64,000 nucleotides of DNA, taken from Chloroflexota bacterium (GTDB taxonomy: Bacteria > Chloroflexota > UBA11872 > VXOZ01). The DNA lies in NCBI GenBank assembly GCA_963663275.1, contig OY760183.1, positions 2,880,001 through 2,944,000 of the forward strand, written 5' to 3'. The notes under the pieces were generated by a model. That model saw only the letters and a program-made list of their open reading frames with translations, made no database searches and was not told the origin of the DNA. Every line of letters begins with the position of its first letter. Positions within the stretch are counted from its first letter, which is position 1. The translations under genes and the position numbers were made by a program. This document shows, one piece after another, positions 1 to 11,408 of the stretch.

Positions 1-12
1 TAAGGATTTCCC

Positions 13-600
13 ATGGCGGCAACCTCGCCGAAGACGGCGAAACCACACATGCAAGAACAGTACGAGAGTGACGTACGCCAAGCCATGATCAGTGAGTTTG
101 GCTATGCCAGCGTGATGCAGGTACCGAAGATTACCAAGGTGGTGATCAACATCGGCCTCGGCGAGGCTCTGGAAGACGCCCGCGCCCTGGATAACGCCGT
201 GGGCGACCTGACCACCATTACCGGGCAGAAGCCCATCGTCACCCGCTCCAAGAAGAGCGTCGCGAACTTCAAGCTGCGGGAAAACCAGGCAATCGGCGCT
301 AAGGTGACGCTGCGCCGCACCCGCATGTATCACTTTCTGGAAAAACTCTTCAACGTGGTGTTTCCGCGCATACGGGACTTTCGCGGCGTGTCTCCCAACG
401 CGTTCGACGGCCGCGGCAACTACTCGGTGGGCCTGCGCGAGCAACTGGTGTTTCCGGAAATCAACTACGATGAGGTTGATCGAGTGCGCGGGCTGGAGGT
501 TACGATCGTGACCTCGGCGCGGACCGATGAGGAAGCCCGCTTCCTGCTGCGCGCGCTCGGCATGCCGCTGGCGCAGGAAGCCGCCCAAATCGCAAGCTAG
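13..600 (+). CDS. rplE: 50S ribosomal protein L5
   Basis: Motifs [26 protein letters not shown]; spc operon order. Confidence 0.97.
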   Translation: MAATSPKTAKPHMQEQYESDVRQAMISEFGYASVMQVPKITKVVINIGLGEALEDARALDNAVGDLTTITGQKPIVTRSKKSVANFKLRENQAIGAKVTLRRTRMYHFLEKLFNVVFPRIRDFRGVSPNAFDGRGNYSVGLREQLVFPEINYDEVDRVRGLEVTIVTSARTDEEARFLLRALGMPLAQEAAQIAS

Positions 601-613
601 GAGAGCAATAGCC

Positions 614-823
614 GTGGCGAAGAAGTCCAAGATTGCCAAGTGGCGCAAGCAGCGGAAATTGCTGCAAGAGGGGCGCATGCAGCATCCCGTGAAGTTTCGC
701 AACCGCTGCTACCAGTGCGGCCGGCCGCGCGCTTACATGCGCAAATTCGGCCTCTGCCGCATCTGCTTCCGCAGCGCCGCTCTGCAGGGCTTGCTGCCCG
801 GCGTGACAAAGTCTAGCTGGTAA
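614..823 (+). CDS. rpsN: 30S ribosomal protein S14 (zinc-binding type)
   Basis: GTG at 614 after GGAGAG; [30 protein letters not shown]. Confidence 0.95.
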   Translation: MAKKSKIAKWRKQRKLLQEGRMQHPVKFRNRCYQCGRPRAYMRKFGLCRICFRSAALQGLLPGVTKSSW

Positions 824-846
824 TAACAGGCGAGAGAAAACCGACC

Positions 847-1248
847 ATGACCATGACCGATCCCATTGCCGACATGCTGACGCGGATACGCAACGCCATC
901 CAGGCGCGCCATACCCACGTCACCATTCCCGCGTCCAAGATGAAGACCGCAATCCTCCGCATCCTCGAAAGAGAAGGCTACATCGGTCAATTCGAGACGG
1001 TGGACCAACAGACGCCCCAGGCCATGCTCAAGGTCAGCCTGAAGTACACCGACGAACGCGATCCCGTGCTGCTGGGGCTGCGCCGCGTGAGCAAGCCCGG
1101 CCTGCGCGTCTACGCGGGCAAAGACGAGATTCCACGGGTCATGGGCGGCATCGGCACCGTCATACTTTCCACCTCCTCCGGCGTGATGACCGGCCGCGAG
1201 GCCTGGCAACGCAAGATCGGCGGAGAGGTTCTCTGTTACGTTTGGTAA
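847..1248 (+). CDS. rpsH: 30S ribosomal protein S8
   Basis: [14 protein letters not shown]; GGEVLCYVW. Confidence 0.97.
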   Translation: MTMTDPIADMLTRIRNAIQARHTHVTIPASKMKTAILRILEREGYIGQFETVDQQTPQAMLKVSLKYTDERDPVLLGLRRVSKPGLRVYAGKDEIPRVMGGIGTVILSTSSGVMTGREAWQRKIGGEVLCYVW

Positions 1249-1259
1249 GGTAATGCGCT

Positions 1260-1811
1260 ATGTCTCGTGTCGGTAGTCAACCGGTTCCCATTCCCAGCGG
1301 CGTTGACGTGAACGTGAACGCCGCGGACGTGCGCGTGAAAGGGCCGAAAGGCGAGTTGCATATCACCGCCGCGCCGGCGATCACGGTGACCGTGGCGGAG
1401 AGCGCCGTACACCTGGAGCGCGCCTCCGAAAGCCGCGAAACCCGCGCGCTGCACGGGCTCACGCGCGCCCTCGTCGCCAACATGGTGCAGGGCGTTACGC
1501 AGGGCTTCAGCAAGACGCTTGAACTGCACGGCACCGGCTACCGCGCGCAAATGGCCGGCAAGAGACTGGTGATGCAGTTGGGCCACTCGCATCCGGTGGA
1601 GTATGAGCCGCCCGCGGGCATTGCGATCGAGGTGGAAAACCCAACCACCATCCACGTTGCGGGCATCGATAAACGCTTGGTAGGCCAGGTGGCGGCGGAC
1701 ATCCGCAAGGCGCGGCCCGTAGAAATCTACCTGGGCAAGGGCATCCGCTACCGCGGCGAGTACGTGCGCCGCAAGGCCGGCAAAGCCGGCAAGATCGGCG
1801 CCGGCGAGTAA
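1260..1811 (+). CDS. rplF: 50S ribosomal protein L6
   Basis: MSRVG; GKGIRYRGE. Confidence 0.97.
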   Translation: MSRVGSQPVPIPSGVDVNVNAADVRVKGPKGELHITAAPAITVTVAESAVHLERASESRETRALHGLTRALVANMVQGVTQGFSKTLELHGTGYRAQMAGKRLVMQLGHSHPVEYEPPAGIAIEVENPTTIHVAGIDKRLVGQVAADIRKARPVEIYLGKGIRYRGEYVRRKAGKAGKIGAGE

Positions 1812-1880
1812 ACGCGCCGAGGCAAGAACAACCAAAGGCGAATTGGACGAAGAGGCGAGCAACAGTCCTAACGGTGCTTC

Positions 1881-1987
1881 TTGTCCCCTCTCCCCGATGG
1901 AGAGAAGCAGGAAGTTTGACCCCCTCCTGAGGGAGAGAGACAGGGGGTTTGTCCCCTCTCCCTGAGGGAGAGGGTTAGGGTGAGGGC
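1881..1987. repeat. Palindromic repeat family A (CCCTCTCCC-n-GGGAGAGGG...GGGTGAGGG), about three degenerate units
   Basis: Same motif recurs at about 11856, 19331, 23013, 38995/40195 and 52253. Confidence 0.8.
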
Positions 1988-2029
1988 GAAAGAACGAGAG
2001 CGAAGAACTGGGAATACCACATGCGATTA

Positions 2030-2398
2030 ATGCCGGGAAGAAAATCACTGAGCGCGCGGGCGCGCAGACAGCGCCGGGTGCGCGCCAAGATTAGCGGCGT
2101 GGCGGCACGGCCCCGCCTCAACGTCTATCGCAGCAGCCAGCACATCTACGCCCAATTGATAGACGATACCACGCATCACACGCTGGCGGCGGCGTCAACC
2201 CTCGATCCGGACGTGCGCGCGCTGCTGGATGAAAAGCAACCGAAGGCGGCGCAGGCGGCCATGGTCGGGCGGGTCGTGGCGGAGCGCGCCCAGGAACGAG
2301 GCATCGAAGCCGTCGTCTTCGACCGGGGCGGTTACCGTTATCACGGCCGGGTGCGCGCCCTCGCGGAAGCCGCCCGGGAAGCGGGCCTGAAGTTTTGA
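2030..2398 (+). CDS. rplR: 50S ribosomal protein L18
   Basis: RPRLNVYRS; [13 protein letters not shown]. Confidence 0.96.
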   Translation: MPGRKSLSARARRQRRVRAKISGVAARPRLNVYRSSQHIYAQLIDDTTHHTLAAASTLDPDVRALLDEKQPKAAQAAMVGRVVAERAQERGIEAVVFDRGGYRYHGRVRALAEAAREAGLKF

Positions 2399-2520
2399 CC
2401 CCTGGTAGGGGCACGACATGTCGTGCCCCTACCAGGGGAAATCAACGTCGAGGCACGACGTGTCTTCCCCCTAGCGAAGATGATTGATGCGGAAGCGCGA
2501 CGTGTCGCGCCCCTACCAAG
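2399..2520. repeat. GTAG-type REP family D (GTAGGGGCACGACATGTCGTGCCCCTAC): 40-bp perfect palindrome plus two degenerate copies
   Basis: Perfect palindrome 2399-2438; same core at 16768 and 27009. Confidence 0.85.
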
Positions 2521-2574
2521 AGTGTGGACTTCCGCCTGAACCGAGAACGGCGGAATGGAAAGAGATAGGTGAAC

Positions 2575-3165
2575 ATGCCGGAACGGGTTTCCATCGACGC
2601 GGCGGCGTTGAATCTCGAAGAGCGCCTGGTGAGCGTCAACCGGGTGGCCAAGGTTGTGCGCGGCGGACGCACGTTCAGCTTCAACGCGGTGGTCGTGGTC
2701 GGCGACGGCGACGGACACGTCGGCATCGGCATCGGCAAAGCGCGCGAGGTGGCGGAAGCCATTCGCAAAGGCGGCGAGAAGGCGCGCAAGGCGCTGGTGC
2801 GCGTGCCCCTGGCCGGCACCACCATTCCGCATGAAATCACCGCCAAGTTCGGCGCTTCCCGCGTGCTGCTCAAACCGGCCGCGCCCGGCACCGGCGTCAT
2901 CGCCGGCGGCCCCGTGCGCGCCGTCGTTGAAATGGCCGGCGTACACGACATTCTCACCAAGTCGCTCGGCTCCAACAACGCCATCAACGTGGTGCGCGCC
3001 ACCATGGCGGCGCTCCAGCAATTGCAGAATCCCGATGAGGCGTACGCGCGCCTGGGTCGTCTCGTGCACCGGCGCAAACCGCCGGCGGAGCAGAGCGCGG
3101 TTCCGGCCGGCGCCGGAGAAGCCGCGCCGCAGGCCCAGGCGGAAGGCGGCGGCAATGACAACTGA
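2575..3165 (+). CDS. rpsE: 30S ribosomal protein S5
   Basis: [12 protein letters not shown]; PGTGVIAGG. Confidence 0.97.
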   Translation: MPERVSIDAAALNLEERLVSVNRVAKVVRGGRTFSFNAVVVVGDGDGHVGIGIGKAREVAEAIRKGGEKARKALVRVPLAGTTIPHEITAKFGASRVLLKPAAPGTGVIAGGPVRAVVEMAGVHDILTKSLGSNNAINVVRATMAALQQLQNPDEAYARLGRLVHRRKPPAEQSAVPAGAGEAAPQAQAEGGGNDN

Positions 3166-3358
3166 TTCGTCCTCAGCGAAGTCGCTGCGCATCACGCTGC
3201 GCAAGAGCCCGATCGGCTTTCCCAAAGACCAGAAGCAGACTGTGGCCGCCCTGGGGCTCAGGAAACGCGAACAGACCGTGGAACACAACGCAACACCGGC
3301 CGTGCGCGGGATGATCGAGAAAGTCTCTCATCTCGTGCGCGTCGAGGAAGTAGAATAA
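3155..3358 (+). CDS. rpmD: 50S ribosomal protein L30
   Basis: [11 protein letters not shown]...LGLRK...[10 protein letters not shown]; ATG at 3155. Confidence 0.93.
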   Translation: MTTDSSSAKSLRITLRKSPIGFPKDQKQTVAALGLRKREQTVEHNATPAVRGMIEKVSHLVRVEEVE

Positions 3359-3371
3359 GGACCGCAGAGGC

Positions 3372-3833
3372 ATGAAACGACACGCGCTGCGCTCACCGGA
3401 CGGCGCCAAGCGGCCGCGCAAGCGGGTGGCGCGCGGACACGGCGGGCGCGGCCACAAAACCGCCGGGCGGGGCACCAAGGGACAGAAGTCCCGCTCCCAC
3501 GCCGGCGTTCCCGCCTGGTTCGAGGGCGGCCAGACGCCGTTCGTGCGGCGGCTGCCCCATCGGCGCGGCTTTAGCAACGCGCGCTTCCGCGTCGCCTACC
3601 AACCGGTCAACGTCGGCGACCTGGCCCGCGTCTTCGAGAGCGGCGCCACCGTCACACCGGCCGACGTCGTGGCGCGGGGACTCGCCCGCTCCACGCAACT
3701 CAAAGTGCTGGGCGACGGCGACGTCGGCCATCCGCTCACCGTGCACGCGCCCAAGTTTTCCCAGGCCGCCCGCGCCAAGCTGGAGGCGGCCGGCGGCGCT
3801 TGCCACGAAATCGGCAGCGCTGAGGAAGGATAG
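3372..3833 (+). CDS. rplO: 50S ribosomal protein L15
   Basis: GRGTKGQKSRS; FEGGQTP. Confidence 0.97.
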   Translation: MKRHALRSPDGAKRPRKRVARGHGGRGHKTAGRGTKGQKSRSHAGVPAWFEGGQTPFVRRLPHRRGFSNARFRVAYQPVNVGDLARVFESGATVTPADVVARGLARSTQLKVLGDGDVGHPLTVHAPKFSQAARAKLEAAGGACHEIGSAEEG

Positions 3834-3839
3834 CGCCGC

Positions 3840-5177
3840 GTGGCCGTACAAACTCCCTCACAGAAGGCGCCGTCGCTCATCCAGGCCGCGTTCAACGCCT
3901 TCAAGCTGCCGGACATCCGGCGCAAATTGCTCTTCACCCTGGCCTTGCTGGCCGTCTTTCGCTTCGTCGCGCACGTCCCGGTGCCGGGCGTAGATCGCCA
4001 GGCACTCAGGGAACTCTTCCAACAGCAGCAGTTCCTCGGCCTGCTCGATATGTTCTCCGGCGGGGCGTTGGCCAACTTCTCCATCGTGGCGATGGGCGTC
4101 TACCCCTACATTACCGCCACCATCATCATGCAACTCATGACGCCGGTCATACCGGCGTTGCAGCAGATGTCGCGGGAAGGCGGTGATAGCGCCCGCCAGC
4201 GCATGAACCAGTACATGCGCATCGGCACCGTGCCCTTGGCCGTCCTGTCGGCGTTCGGGCAGGCGACGATCTTCACACAGATGGGGGTCATTCGCGGCTT
4301 CAATCTCTTCAACGGCGAGACTTTTCTCAGCAGCCTGGCGCTCATCATCAGCATGACCGCGGGCACGATGTTCCTGGTCTGGCTCGGCGAACTCATCACG
4401 GAGAACGGCATTGGGCAGGGCATCTCGCTCATCATCTTCGCCGGCATCGTCGCGCGGCTGCCCACCACCATCGGCCAGGCCGTGCTTGGCCAGACCGGCG
4501 GCGGCGCTACCCTCACGCTCTTGATCATCGGCGCGCTCGCCATTCTCATCGTGGTGGGCATCGTGGTGATGTACGAAGCCCAGCGGCGCATACCCGTCCA
4601 CTACGCCAAGCGCATGCACGGCCGCCGCCAATACGGCGGGCAGACCACGCACATTCCGCTCAAGATCAACTCCGCGGGCATGATTCCCCTCATCTTCGCC
4701 ATTTCGTTCCTGATCTTCCCCAGCACCGTCGCCAGCTACTTCCAGGCTGCCGACGCCGGCTGGATTCGCAGCGTCTCCAGCTTCATCATGGGCGCGTTCG
4801 ACCCGCAAGGCGGGCTCTACTGGTTGCTCTACTTCCTGCTGGTCGTCGCCTTCACCTACTTCTACACCGCCATCATCTTCCAGCAGCAGAATATCCCGGA
4901 GGTGCTGCAGAAGAACGGCGGCTTCATCCCCGGCATTCGACCGGGGCGGCCCACGTCGCAGTATCTCAATAGCGTCATCTTTCGCATCACCCTGGCCGGG
5001 GCGCTCTTCCTGGGGCTCATTGCGGTATCGCCCTTCATCATCCAGGGATTCACCGGCGTGCAGGCGCTCATGCTGAGCAGCACCGGCATGCTCATCGTCG
5101 TCGGCGTCGTGCAGGACACCATGAAGAACCTCGAGGCGCAGTTGCTCATGCGTCAATACGAAGGATTCTTGCGGTAG
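3840..5177 (+). CDS. secY: Preprotein translocase subunit SecY
   Basis: GVYPYITATII, WLGELITENGIG, FIPGIRPG; multiple hydrophobic helices. Confidence 0.97.
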   Translation: MAVQTPSQKAPSLIQAAFNAFKLPDIRRKLLFTLALLAVFRFVAHVPVPGVDRQALRELFQQQQFLGLLDMFSGGALANFSIVAMGVYPYITATIIMQLMTPVIPALQQMSREGGDSARQRMNQYMRIGTVPLAVLSAFGQATIFTQMGVIRGFNLFNGETFLSSLALIISMTAGTMFLVWLGELITENGIGQGISLIIFAGIVARLPTTIGQAVLGQTGGGATLTLLIIGALAILIVVGIVVMYEAQRRIPVHYAKRMHGRRQYGGQTTHIPLKINSAGMIPLIFAISFLIFPSTVASYFQAADAGWIRSVSSFIMGAFDPQGGLYWLLYFLLVVAFTYFYTAIIFQQQNIPEVLQKNGGFIPGIRPGRPTSQYLNSVIFRITLAGALFLGLIAVSPFIIQGFTGVQALMLSSTGMLIVVGVVQDTMKNLEAQLLMRQYEGFLR

Positions 5178-5902
5178 TGTCGAAGCCGACTTCGTCAACG
5201 ACCGCGGCGGCATCGTCGCAGACGACGGCTTCGGGCGCGCCGGGGCGGGCGAACCTCATCCTGCTCGGCCCGCCCGGCGCGGGCAAAGGCACCCAGGCGC
5301 AAGCCATCGCCGCCCACTTCGGGCTGCACCACCTCACCACCGGCGAACTCTTTCGCCAGCACATGCAGCGCCAGACCCCCCTCGGCGCCCAAGCCAAGGT
5401 CTACTACGATCGCGGCGAATACGTGCCGGACGACCTCGTGGTCGCCATGGTGCGCGAGGAACTCGCGCCGCTGGAGCCGGCGCGCGGCCTGGTGTTGGAC
5501 GGCTTTCCCCGGACCGTTGCGCAGGCCGAAGCGCTGCAAAAGATCCTGCGCGAGCGCGGCCAACGGATCGACGCGGTGATCGAGCTTGCCAGCGACACGG
5601 AGGCAATCGTGCGGCGCGCCCAGGGCCGGAGGATATGCCCCCAGGGGCATACGTATCACACGGATTTCCATCCGCCCCGCGCCGCCGGCCGCTGCGACGT
5701 GGACGACCTGCCGCTCCAGCAGCGGGTTGACGATCGACCGGAAACGGTGCGCCGCCGCATCGAGACCTACCACCAGGAAACGGAACCGCTCCTTGCCTTC
5801 TACACGGAGAAGGATCTCCTGCGCAGTGTGGACGGTACCCGTCCCATCGAGGAAGTAACCGAGCGTATCCAGGCAGTCCTATCCAGCGTCGGCGTGAGTT
5901 AA
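5177..5902 (+). CDS. adk: Adenylate kinase
   Basis: GPPGAGKGTQ; LDGFPRT. Confidence 0.96.
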   Translation: MSKPTSSTTAAASSQTTASGAPGRANLILLGPPGAGKGTQAQAIAAHFGLHHLTTGELFRQHMQRQTPLGAQAKVYYDRGEYVPDDLVVAMVREELAPLEPARGLVLDGFPRTVAQAEALQKILRERGQRIDAVIELASDTEAIVRRAQGRRICPQGHTYHTDFHPPRAAGRCDVDDLPLQQRVDDRPETVRRRIETYHQETEPLLAFYTEKDLLRSVDGTRPIEEVTERIQAVLSSVGVS

Positions 5903-5929
5903 CGACACCCGGCAGGAGAAACCGAGCGC

Positions 5930-6694
5930 GTGCAGATGACAAAAGCAATACGGCTCAAGACCCCGCGCCAGTTGCGCTTCATGCGCCAAGCGGGTAAGAT
6001 AGTAGCAGAAGTCCTTGCGCTTCTCGGCGAGCGCGTGGCGCCCGGTGCGACAACGGCGGAGTTGGACGCGCTGGCGGAAGCCGAGATAAAGAAGCGCGGG
6101 GCTGTGCCGTCTTTCAAGGGGTATCACGGCTTTCCGTGTACAATCTGCGCGTCTGTCAACGAGCAAGTCGTGCACGGCATTCCGGGTGAATACCGCCTGC
6201 GAGAGGGCGACATCCTTAGCATCGACGTCGGCGCCATCTACAAGGGATGGCATGGCGACGCGGCGGTTACCTACGCCGTCGGCCAGGCGAGCGCGGAGGC
6301 CGATAGCGTCATGGCGGCAACCCGCGAGGCGCTGCGGCGCGGCATCGCGGCGGCAACGCCGGGGAACCACCTGGGCGACATTGGCTTTGCCATCCAGTCC
6401 TGGGTAGAGGCGCAAGGATACGGCGTCGTCCGCGACTTTGTGGGACACGGAATCGGAAAGGTGATGCACGAGGCCCCCCAGGTGCCGAACTTTGGGGAAG
6501 CCGGCAATGGCGTAAAACTACGACCCGGCATGACGATTGCGATCGAGCCTATGGTCGCAGTCGGAGATAGTCGCGTTAAAGTGCTCGACGACGGCTGGAC
6601 CGCCGTTACCGTGGACGGCAGCCTCTCCGCCCATTACGAGCACTCCATCGTCATTACGCACAACGGACCGGAGATACTGACCCGCGTCGCCTAG
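5930..6694 (+). CDS. map: Methionine aminopeptidase type I
   Basis: VVHGIP, GHGIG, IEPM, SAHYEH. Confidence 0.96.
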   Translation: MQMTKAIRLKTPRQLRFMRQAGKIVAEVLALLGERVAPGATTAELDALAEAEIKKRGAVPSFKGYHGFPCTICASVNEQVVHGIPGEYRLREGDILSIDVGAIYKGWHGDAAVTYAVGQASAEADSVMAATREALRRGIAAATPGNHLGDIGFAIQSWVEAQGYGVVRDFVGHGIGKVMHEAPQVPNFGEAGNGVKLRPGMTIAIEPMVAVGDSRVKVLDDGWTAVTVDGSLSAHYEHSIVITHNGPEILTRVA

Positions 6695-6716
6695 CCCTGT
6701 AATCTTGGAGTTTTGC

Positions 6717-6941
6717 GTGCCGAAGAAGAAGGACACAATCGAGATCGAAGGCGTGGTGCGGGACGTGCTGCCAAACGCCGTGTTCCGCGTGGAACTGGAC
6801 AACGGACATGAAGTCACGGCCCACCTATCGGGTAAGTTGCGGCTCAACTTCATTCGCGTCGGCGCGGGCGATCGGGTTACGGTGGAACTCTCGCCGTACG
6901 ACCTCACCCGCGGCCGGATTACGTGGCGGGGGAGGAGGTAA
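6717..6941 (+). CDS. infA: Translation initiation factor IF-1
   Basis: FRVELDNG; [12 protein letters not shown]. Confidence 0.96.
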   Translation: MPKKKDTIEIEGVVRDVLPNAVFRVELDNGHEVTAHLSGKLRLNFIRVGAGDRVTVELSPYDLTRGRITWRGRR

Positions 6942-6946
6942 GCCTC

Positions 6947-7060
6947 ATGAAAGTTCAGGCGTCTGTCAGGCGGCGCTGCGAAAAGTGCAAAGTGGTACGG
7001 CGCAAACGGGTGGTGCGCATCATCTGCACCAATCCCAAACACAAACAGCGCCAAGGGTAG
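6947..7060 (+). CDS. rpmJ: 50S ribosomal protein L36
   Basis: Read directly: [37 protein letters not shown] (too short for the ORF track). Confidence 0.95.
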   Translation: MKVQASVRRRCEKCKVVRRKRVVRIICTNPKHKQRQG

Positions 7061-7115
7061 AACCGGGGGAACGCGCGACCACAGCGGGCCGCGCGCTGTT
7101 CACAGGAGGAGCAGC

Positions 7116-7499
7116 ATGGCACGAATTGTAGGCGTTGACCTGCCGCGAGATAAGCATGTCTGGGTAGGGCTGACGTACATCTACGGCATCGGGCGCACCA
7201 CGGCCTACGACTTGCTCGAGAGAGCACAGGTGCCGTCCAACACGAAAGTGCAGGACCTCACGGAAGACGAGGTGAATCGCATCCGCGAGGCCATTACCGC
7301 CAACCTTACGGTGGAAGGCGACCTGCGCCGCGAAGTCCAGCAGAACATCGGGCGGCTCATCGAAATCGGCTGCTACCGCGGCATGCGCCACCGGCGCGGA
7401 CTGCCCACGCAGGGCCAGCGCACGCGCACCAACGCGCGCACCCGCAAGGGACGGCCCAAGACGGTTGCCGGCCGCAAGCGCGCGGTCGTGAAGAAGTAA
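7116..7499 (+). CDS. rpsM: 30S ribosomal protein S13
   Basis: LTYIYGIG; [13 protein letters not shown]. Confidence 0.97.
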   Translation: MARIVGVDLPRDKHVWVGLTYIYGIGRTTAYDLLERAQVPSNTKVQDLTEDEVNRIREAITANLTVEGDLRREVQQNIGRLIEIGCYRGMRHRRGLPTQGQRTRTNARTRKGRPKTVAGRKRAVVKK

Positions 7500-7522
7500 G
7501 TTCAACCAAAGGTTAACGATTC

Positions 7523-7912
7523 ATGCCGGAAACACGCTCTCGCCCACGGCGGCGCGAACGACGCACCGTGGCGCGCGGCAAGGCGTTCATTCAGTCCACG
7601 TTCAACAACACGCTCATTACCATTACGGACATGAACGGGAATACCCTGTGCTGGGCGAGTTCCGGCTCGGCCGGCTTCAAGGGTTCCCGCAAAGGCACGC
7701 CCTATGCCGCGCAGGTGGCGGCGGAAACGGTGGCGCGCAAAGCCACCGACTTTGGCATGGGGCAGGTGGAGATTTCGGTGAAAGGCCCGGGCTCCGGGCG
7801 CGAATCCGCCATCCGCTCGCTCCAGGCCGGCGGCCTGCAAGTGGTGAGCATTACCGACGTTACGCCCGTGCCGCACAACGGCCCGCGCCCGCCGCGGCGC
7901 AGGCGCGTGTAG
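7523..7912 (+). CDS. rpsK: 30S ribosomal protein S11
   Basis: STFNNT; DVTPVPHNG. Confidence 0.97.
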   Translation: MPETRSRPRRRERRTVARGKAFIQSTFNNTLITITDMNGNTLCWASSGSAGFKGSRKGTPYAAQVAAETVARKATDFGMGQVEISVKGPGSGRESAIRSLQAGGLQVVSITDVTPVPHNGPRPPRRRRV

Positions 7913-7974
7913 GCGGCGACCGCGACGACGTCCGCGACGAGTTTACAGCAGCAAGCTAGTTCTGAGGAGAATCT

Positions 7975-8604
7975 ATGGCACGATACGTTGGCCCCGTGTG
8001 TCGGCTGTGCCGCCGGGAAGGGCAGAAACTCTTCCTGAAAGGCGACAAGTGCTTCACGCCCAAGTGCCCGGTCGAAAAGCGGAAGAACCCGCCGGGAATG
8101 CACGGCCAAATGCGGCGCAGGCTTTCCGATTACGGCCTGCGTTTGCGGGAAAAGCAGAAGGCCCGGCGCATGTACGGCATATTCGAACGCCAGTTTCGCA
8201 AGTACTTCGCACTCGCGACGTCCCGGCCGGGCGTGACCGGCACGACTCTCCTGCAATTGCTCGAGAGCCGGCTGGATAACGTCGTCTATCGCCTGGGGTT
8301 CGCGTCGTCGCGCGCCGCGGCGCGGCAGATCGTGCGCCACGGCCACTTCACCCTCAACGGCCGCAAGTGCGACATTCCCTCGGCCCTGGTTGGCGAGGGC
8401 GACGTGGTAAGCGTGAAGTCCAACAGCCGCAACAATGAATACTTCAAGCTCCAAACCGCCAGGCTGGATTCGGTAGCAGTGCCGAATTGGCTGGCCACCG
8501 ACCGGGAGAATCTGGAAGGCAAAGTGCTCTCCTTGCCCACGCGGCAGGAGATCGACGCCGACCTCAACGAGCAACTGATCGTCGAGTACTACTCCCGTCG
8601 CTAA
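7975..8604 (+). CDS. rpsD: 30S ribosomal protein S4
   Basis: CRLCRREG; [11 protein letters not shown]; IVEYYSR. Confidence 0.97.
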   Translation: MARYVGPVCRLCRREGQKLFLKGDKCFTPKCPVEKRKNPPGMHGQMRRRLSDYGLRLREKQKARRMYGIFERQFRKYFALATSRPGVTGTTLLQLLESRLDNVVYRLGFASSRAAARQIVRHGHFTLNGRKCDIPSALVGEGDVVSVKSNSRNNEYFKLQTARLDSVAVPNWLATDRENLEGKVLSLPTRQEIDADLNEQLIVEYYSRR

Positions 8605-8711
8605 GCTATCGGCCCGCTCTTCCCGCGCGCGGGAGCGGTGGGCCGCTTATTGCGTCATCGACGAAGCCAGCACATTCATGAGCAAATCCGTGTACTGGGA
8701 GGTAATTCCCT

Positions 8712-9695
8712 TTGGAACTGCAGGAAGTACAACCCGAAGTCAGAGTCGTTGAGAGCGAAGGCAACTACGGCCATTTCCGCATCGAGCCGCTGAAGCGCGG
8801 CTACGGCCACACGCTCGGAAATGCCCTGCGCCGCGTGCTCCTCTCGTCCCTGCCGGGCGCTGCCATTTCATCGATCCGCATTACCGGGGTACTCCACGAG
8901 TTTGCCGACGTTCTCGGCGTTACCGAAGACGTTACACAAATCATCCTCAATATCAAACGCATTCGCCTGACGTGCACCCTCGACCAGCCGGTGGAGCTCT
9001 ACCTCTCCGTCAAGAAGGAAGGCGTCGCCACCGCCGGGGACATCCAATGCCCGCCTGAGGTCAACATCGTCAATCCGGAGCAACCGCTCGCCACGCTGGA
9101 TTCCGACGACGCCGAACTGGAAATGTACCTGACGGTGGAACGGGGCATCGGCTTCACGCTCTCCGATACCCAGGAGGATACGCCCATCGGCGTTATCCCC
9201 GTAGACGCGATTTTCACCCCAATCCGCCGCGTGGAGTACCGCGTGGAGCACGCCCGCGTCGGCCAGGTGACCGACCTGGACTCCCTTATCCTGCGCGTGT
9301 GGACCGACGGCACGTTGACCCCCGAAACCGCGCTGAGCCAGAGCGGGCAGATCCTCTGCGATTACTTCACGCTCATCAGCGGCTTCCATCCGCTGGCGCA
9401 ACGCATCGAAGTGGGGATCGCCCGGCCGAATACGATTGCGTCAACACCCCTGGAGTCGCTGCAACTCCAGAACCGCGCTTACAACGCCCTGCGGCGCGGC
9501 GGCATCAGCACCGTGGAGCAACTCCTGGCAATGGACGAAGACAGCCTGCTGAAGATCCAGGGCTTGGGCGAAAAGACCCTCTCCGAGGTCAAGGAGAAAC
9601 TGGCGCAGAGCGACCTCTTCCTGACGGAATCGGACGGCGCGGAAGGCGCTGAGGGCGCGGAGGACGCTGAGGAAGTAGAGGAGGTGCCCGTGTGA
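8712..9695 (+). CDS. rpoA: RNA polymerase subunit alpha
   Basis: EPLKRGYGHTLGNALRRVLLSSLPG; alpha-CTD; TTG start after GGAGGT. Confidence 0.97.
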   Translation: MELQEVQPEVRVVESEGNYGHFRIEPLKRGYGHTLGNALRRVLLSSLPGAAISSIRITGVLHEFADVLGVTEDVTQIILNIKRIRLTCTLDQPVELYLSVKKEGVATAGDIQCPPEVNIVNPEQPLATLDSDDAELEMYLTVERGIGFTLSDTQEDTPIGVIPVDAIFTPIRRVEYRVEHARVGQVTDLDSLILRVWTDGTLTPETALSQSGQILCDYFTLISGFHPLAQRIEVGIARPNTIASTPLESLQLQNRAYNALRRGGISTVEQLLAMDEDSLLKIQGLGEKTLSEVKEKLAQSDLFLTESDGAEGAEGAEDAEEVEEVPV

Positions 9696-10045
9696 GAAAG
9701 CGAGTAACCGTACGCCGTCTCAACCGCGCGAAACACAAGCGCGAGGCCCTCTGCCGCGGCCTGCTCAGCACGCTGGTGCTGAACGGCGAGGTGCATACCA
9801 CCTCCGCCCGCGCCAAAGAGGTCCGCTCACGCGCGGAGCGGCTGATCACCCTGGCCAAGCGCGGCGACCTGCACGCCCGGCGGCTGGCGCTCTCACGCCT
9901 GCCCCACCAGGAGGCCGTGCGCCACCTGTTCGATGAACTCGGCCCCCGCTACGCCGAAAGGCCGGGCGGGTACACGCGCACCTACCGCCTGGGCACGCGC
10001 CGCGGCGACGGCGCGCCCCTGATGATGGTGCAGTTGGTGGAATAG
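9692..10045 (+). CDS. rplQ: 50S ribosomal protein L17
   Basis: ERLITLAK; RPGGYTR; RRGDGA. Confidence 0.96.
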   Translation: MRKRVTVRRLNRAKHKREALCRGLLSTLVLNGEVHTTSARAKEVRSRAERLITLAKRGDLHARRLALSRLPHQEAVRHLFDELGPRYAERPGGYTRTYRLGTRRGDGAPLMMVQLVE

Positions 10046-10143
10046 CCCGCGCCGGCGCGCGGGATGAACGCCCACCGGCGCGGCTTGATGTAGAATAGGA
10101 GCAGAACCAGAACGCCAAGAAGCGCACGCAAGAATCCGGGTAC

Positions 10144-10947
10144 ATGGCTCGCGCAGGAGACGGCGGCGCGCGAAAATTTCGTTGCCGCGTGGCCTACGAC
10201 GGCACGCCGTACAGCGGCTTTCAGGCGCAAGCCGGCCGGCCCACGGTGCAGCAGGCATTGGAAGCGGCGCTGGAGCGCGTAACGCGCCAGGCCACGCGCG
10301 TAGTGCCCGCCGGACGCACGGACGCCGGCGTGCACGCCGCCGGACAGGTGATTCACTTCCTCTCCGGTTGGCCGCATGAGCCGGACGACCTGGAGCGCGC
10401 GCTGAACGCCCTGCTGCCGGAAACGGTGGCCGTGGCCGCGCTGGAGGAAGCGGGCCCGGATTTTCACGCGCGCTACAGCGCGCTGAGCCGGCGCTACCGG
10501 TACGACATCTGGAACGGCCCGCTCCGCTCGCCCCTGCGGCAGCGGTTTACGCTTCACCGGGCCCGCCCGCTGGACGCCGACGCCATGCACCAGGCGTTGC
10601 AGTGCCTGCTGGGCACGCACGACTGCCGGGCGTTTGCGGCGGGAGAAGATCCGGAAGCATCCACGGTGCGCGAAATCTTGAACGCGGCCTGCCGGCGAGA
10701 CGGAGAGATGGTGCGCATAGGCGTTGAAGCAAACGCCTTCGTGCGCCACATGATGCGGCGGATCGTGGGAACCCTGTTGGAAATCGGGGAAGGACGCAAA
10801 CCCCCGGCTCACATGGAACGAGTATTGCACAGCGGAGACAAGGCGCTGGCCGGGCCTACGGTTCCGGCCAAAGGGCTGTTCCTTGTTCGGGTTGCGTACC
10901 CCGACGCGCCGGCCCCTAAGACGACGAAAGAGGACCAAGAAGCATGA
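10144..10947 (+). CDS. truA: tRNA pseudouridine(38-40) synthase
   Basis: [10 protein letters not shown]; [10 protein letters not shown]. Confidence 0.95.
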   Translation: MARAGDGGARKFRCRVAYDGTPYSGFQAQAGRPTVQQALEAALERVTRQATRVVPAGRTDAGVHAAGQVIHFLSGWPHEPDDLERALNALLPETVAVAALEEAGPDFHARYSALSRRYRYDIWNGPLRSPLRQRFTLHRARPLDADAMHQALQCLLGTHDCRAFAAGEDPEASTVREILNAACRRDGEMVRIGVEANAFVRHMMRRIVGTLLEIGEGRKPPAHMERVLHSGDKALAGPTVPAKGLFLVRVAYPDAPAPKTTKEDQEA

Positions 10948-11408
10948 AAGCCCCGGTTACTTCCGTGACGCGGCCCGGCGCGGTCGCGCGCCGCTGGTAC
11001 GTGGTTGACGCCACCGGCCACACCCTCGGCAGGCTGGCGACCCACGTCGCCCACGTGCTGCGCGGCAAGCACAAACCGCAATTCTCCCCGAACATAGACG
11101 TCGGCGACTACGTGATTGTGGTCAACGCGGCCAAGGTCGCGGTTACCGGCCGCAAGCGCGAGCAGAAAGTCTACTACCGCCACTCCGGCTACCCCGGCGG
11201 CATTCGCGGGGTGCTGCTGGAAGACCAGTTGGAGCAGCGTCCGCACCGCGTCATCGAGCACGCCGTGCGCGGCATGTTGCCGCATAACCGCCTGGGACGC
11301 GCGATGTTCAAGAAGCTGAAAGTCTACGGCGGACCCGATCACCCGCACGAGGCCCAACGGCCCGAGCCACTCTTCGCAAGCCAGACAGGAGCGAACGCAG
11401 ATGAGTAG
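10944..11408 (+). CDS. rplM: 50S ribosomal protein L13
   Basis: WYVVDA; LRGKHKP; HSGYPGG. Confidence 0.97.
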   Translation: MKAPVTSVTRPGAVARRWYVVDATGHTLGRLATHVAHVLRGKHKPQFSPNIDVGDYVIVVNAAKVAVTGRKREQKVYYRHSGYPGGIRGVLLEDQLEQRPHRVIEHAVRGMLPHNRLGRAMFKKLKVYGGPDHPHEAQRPEPLFASQTGANADE

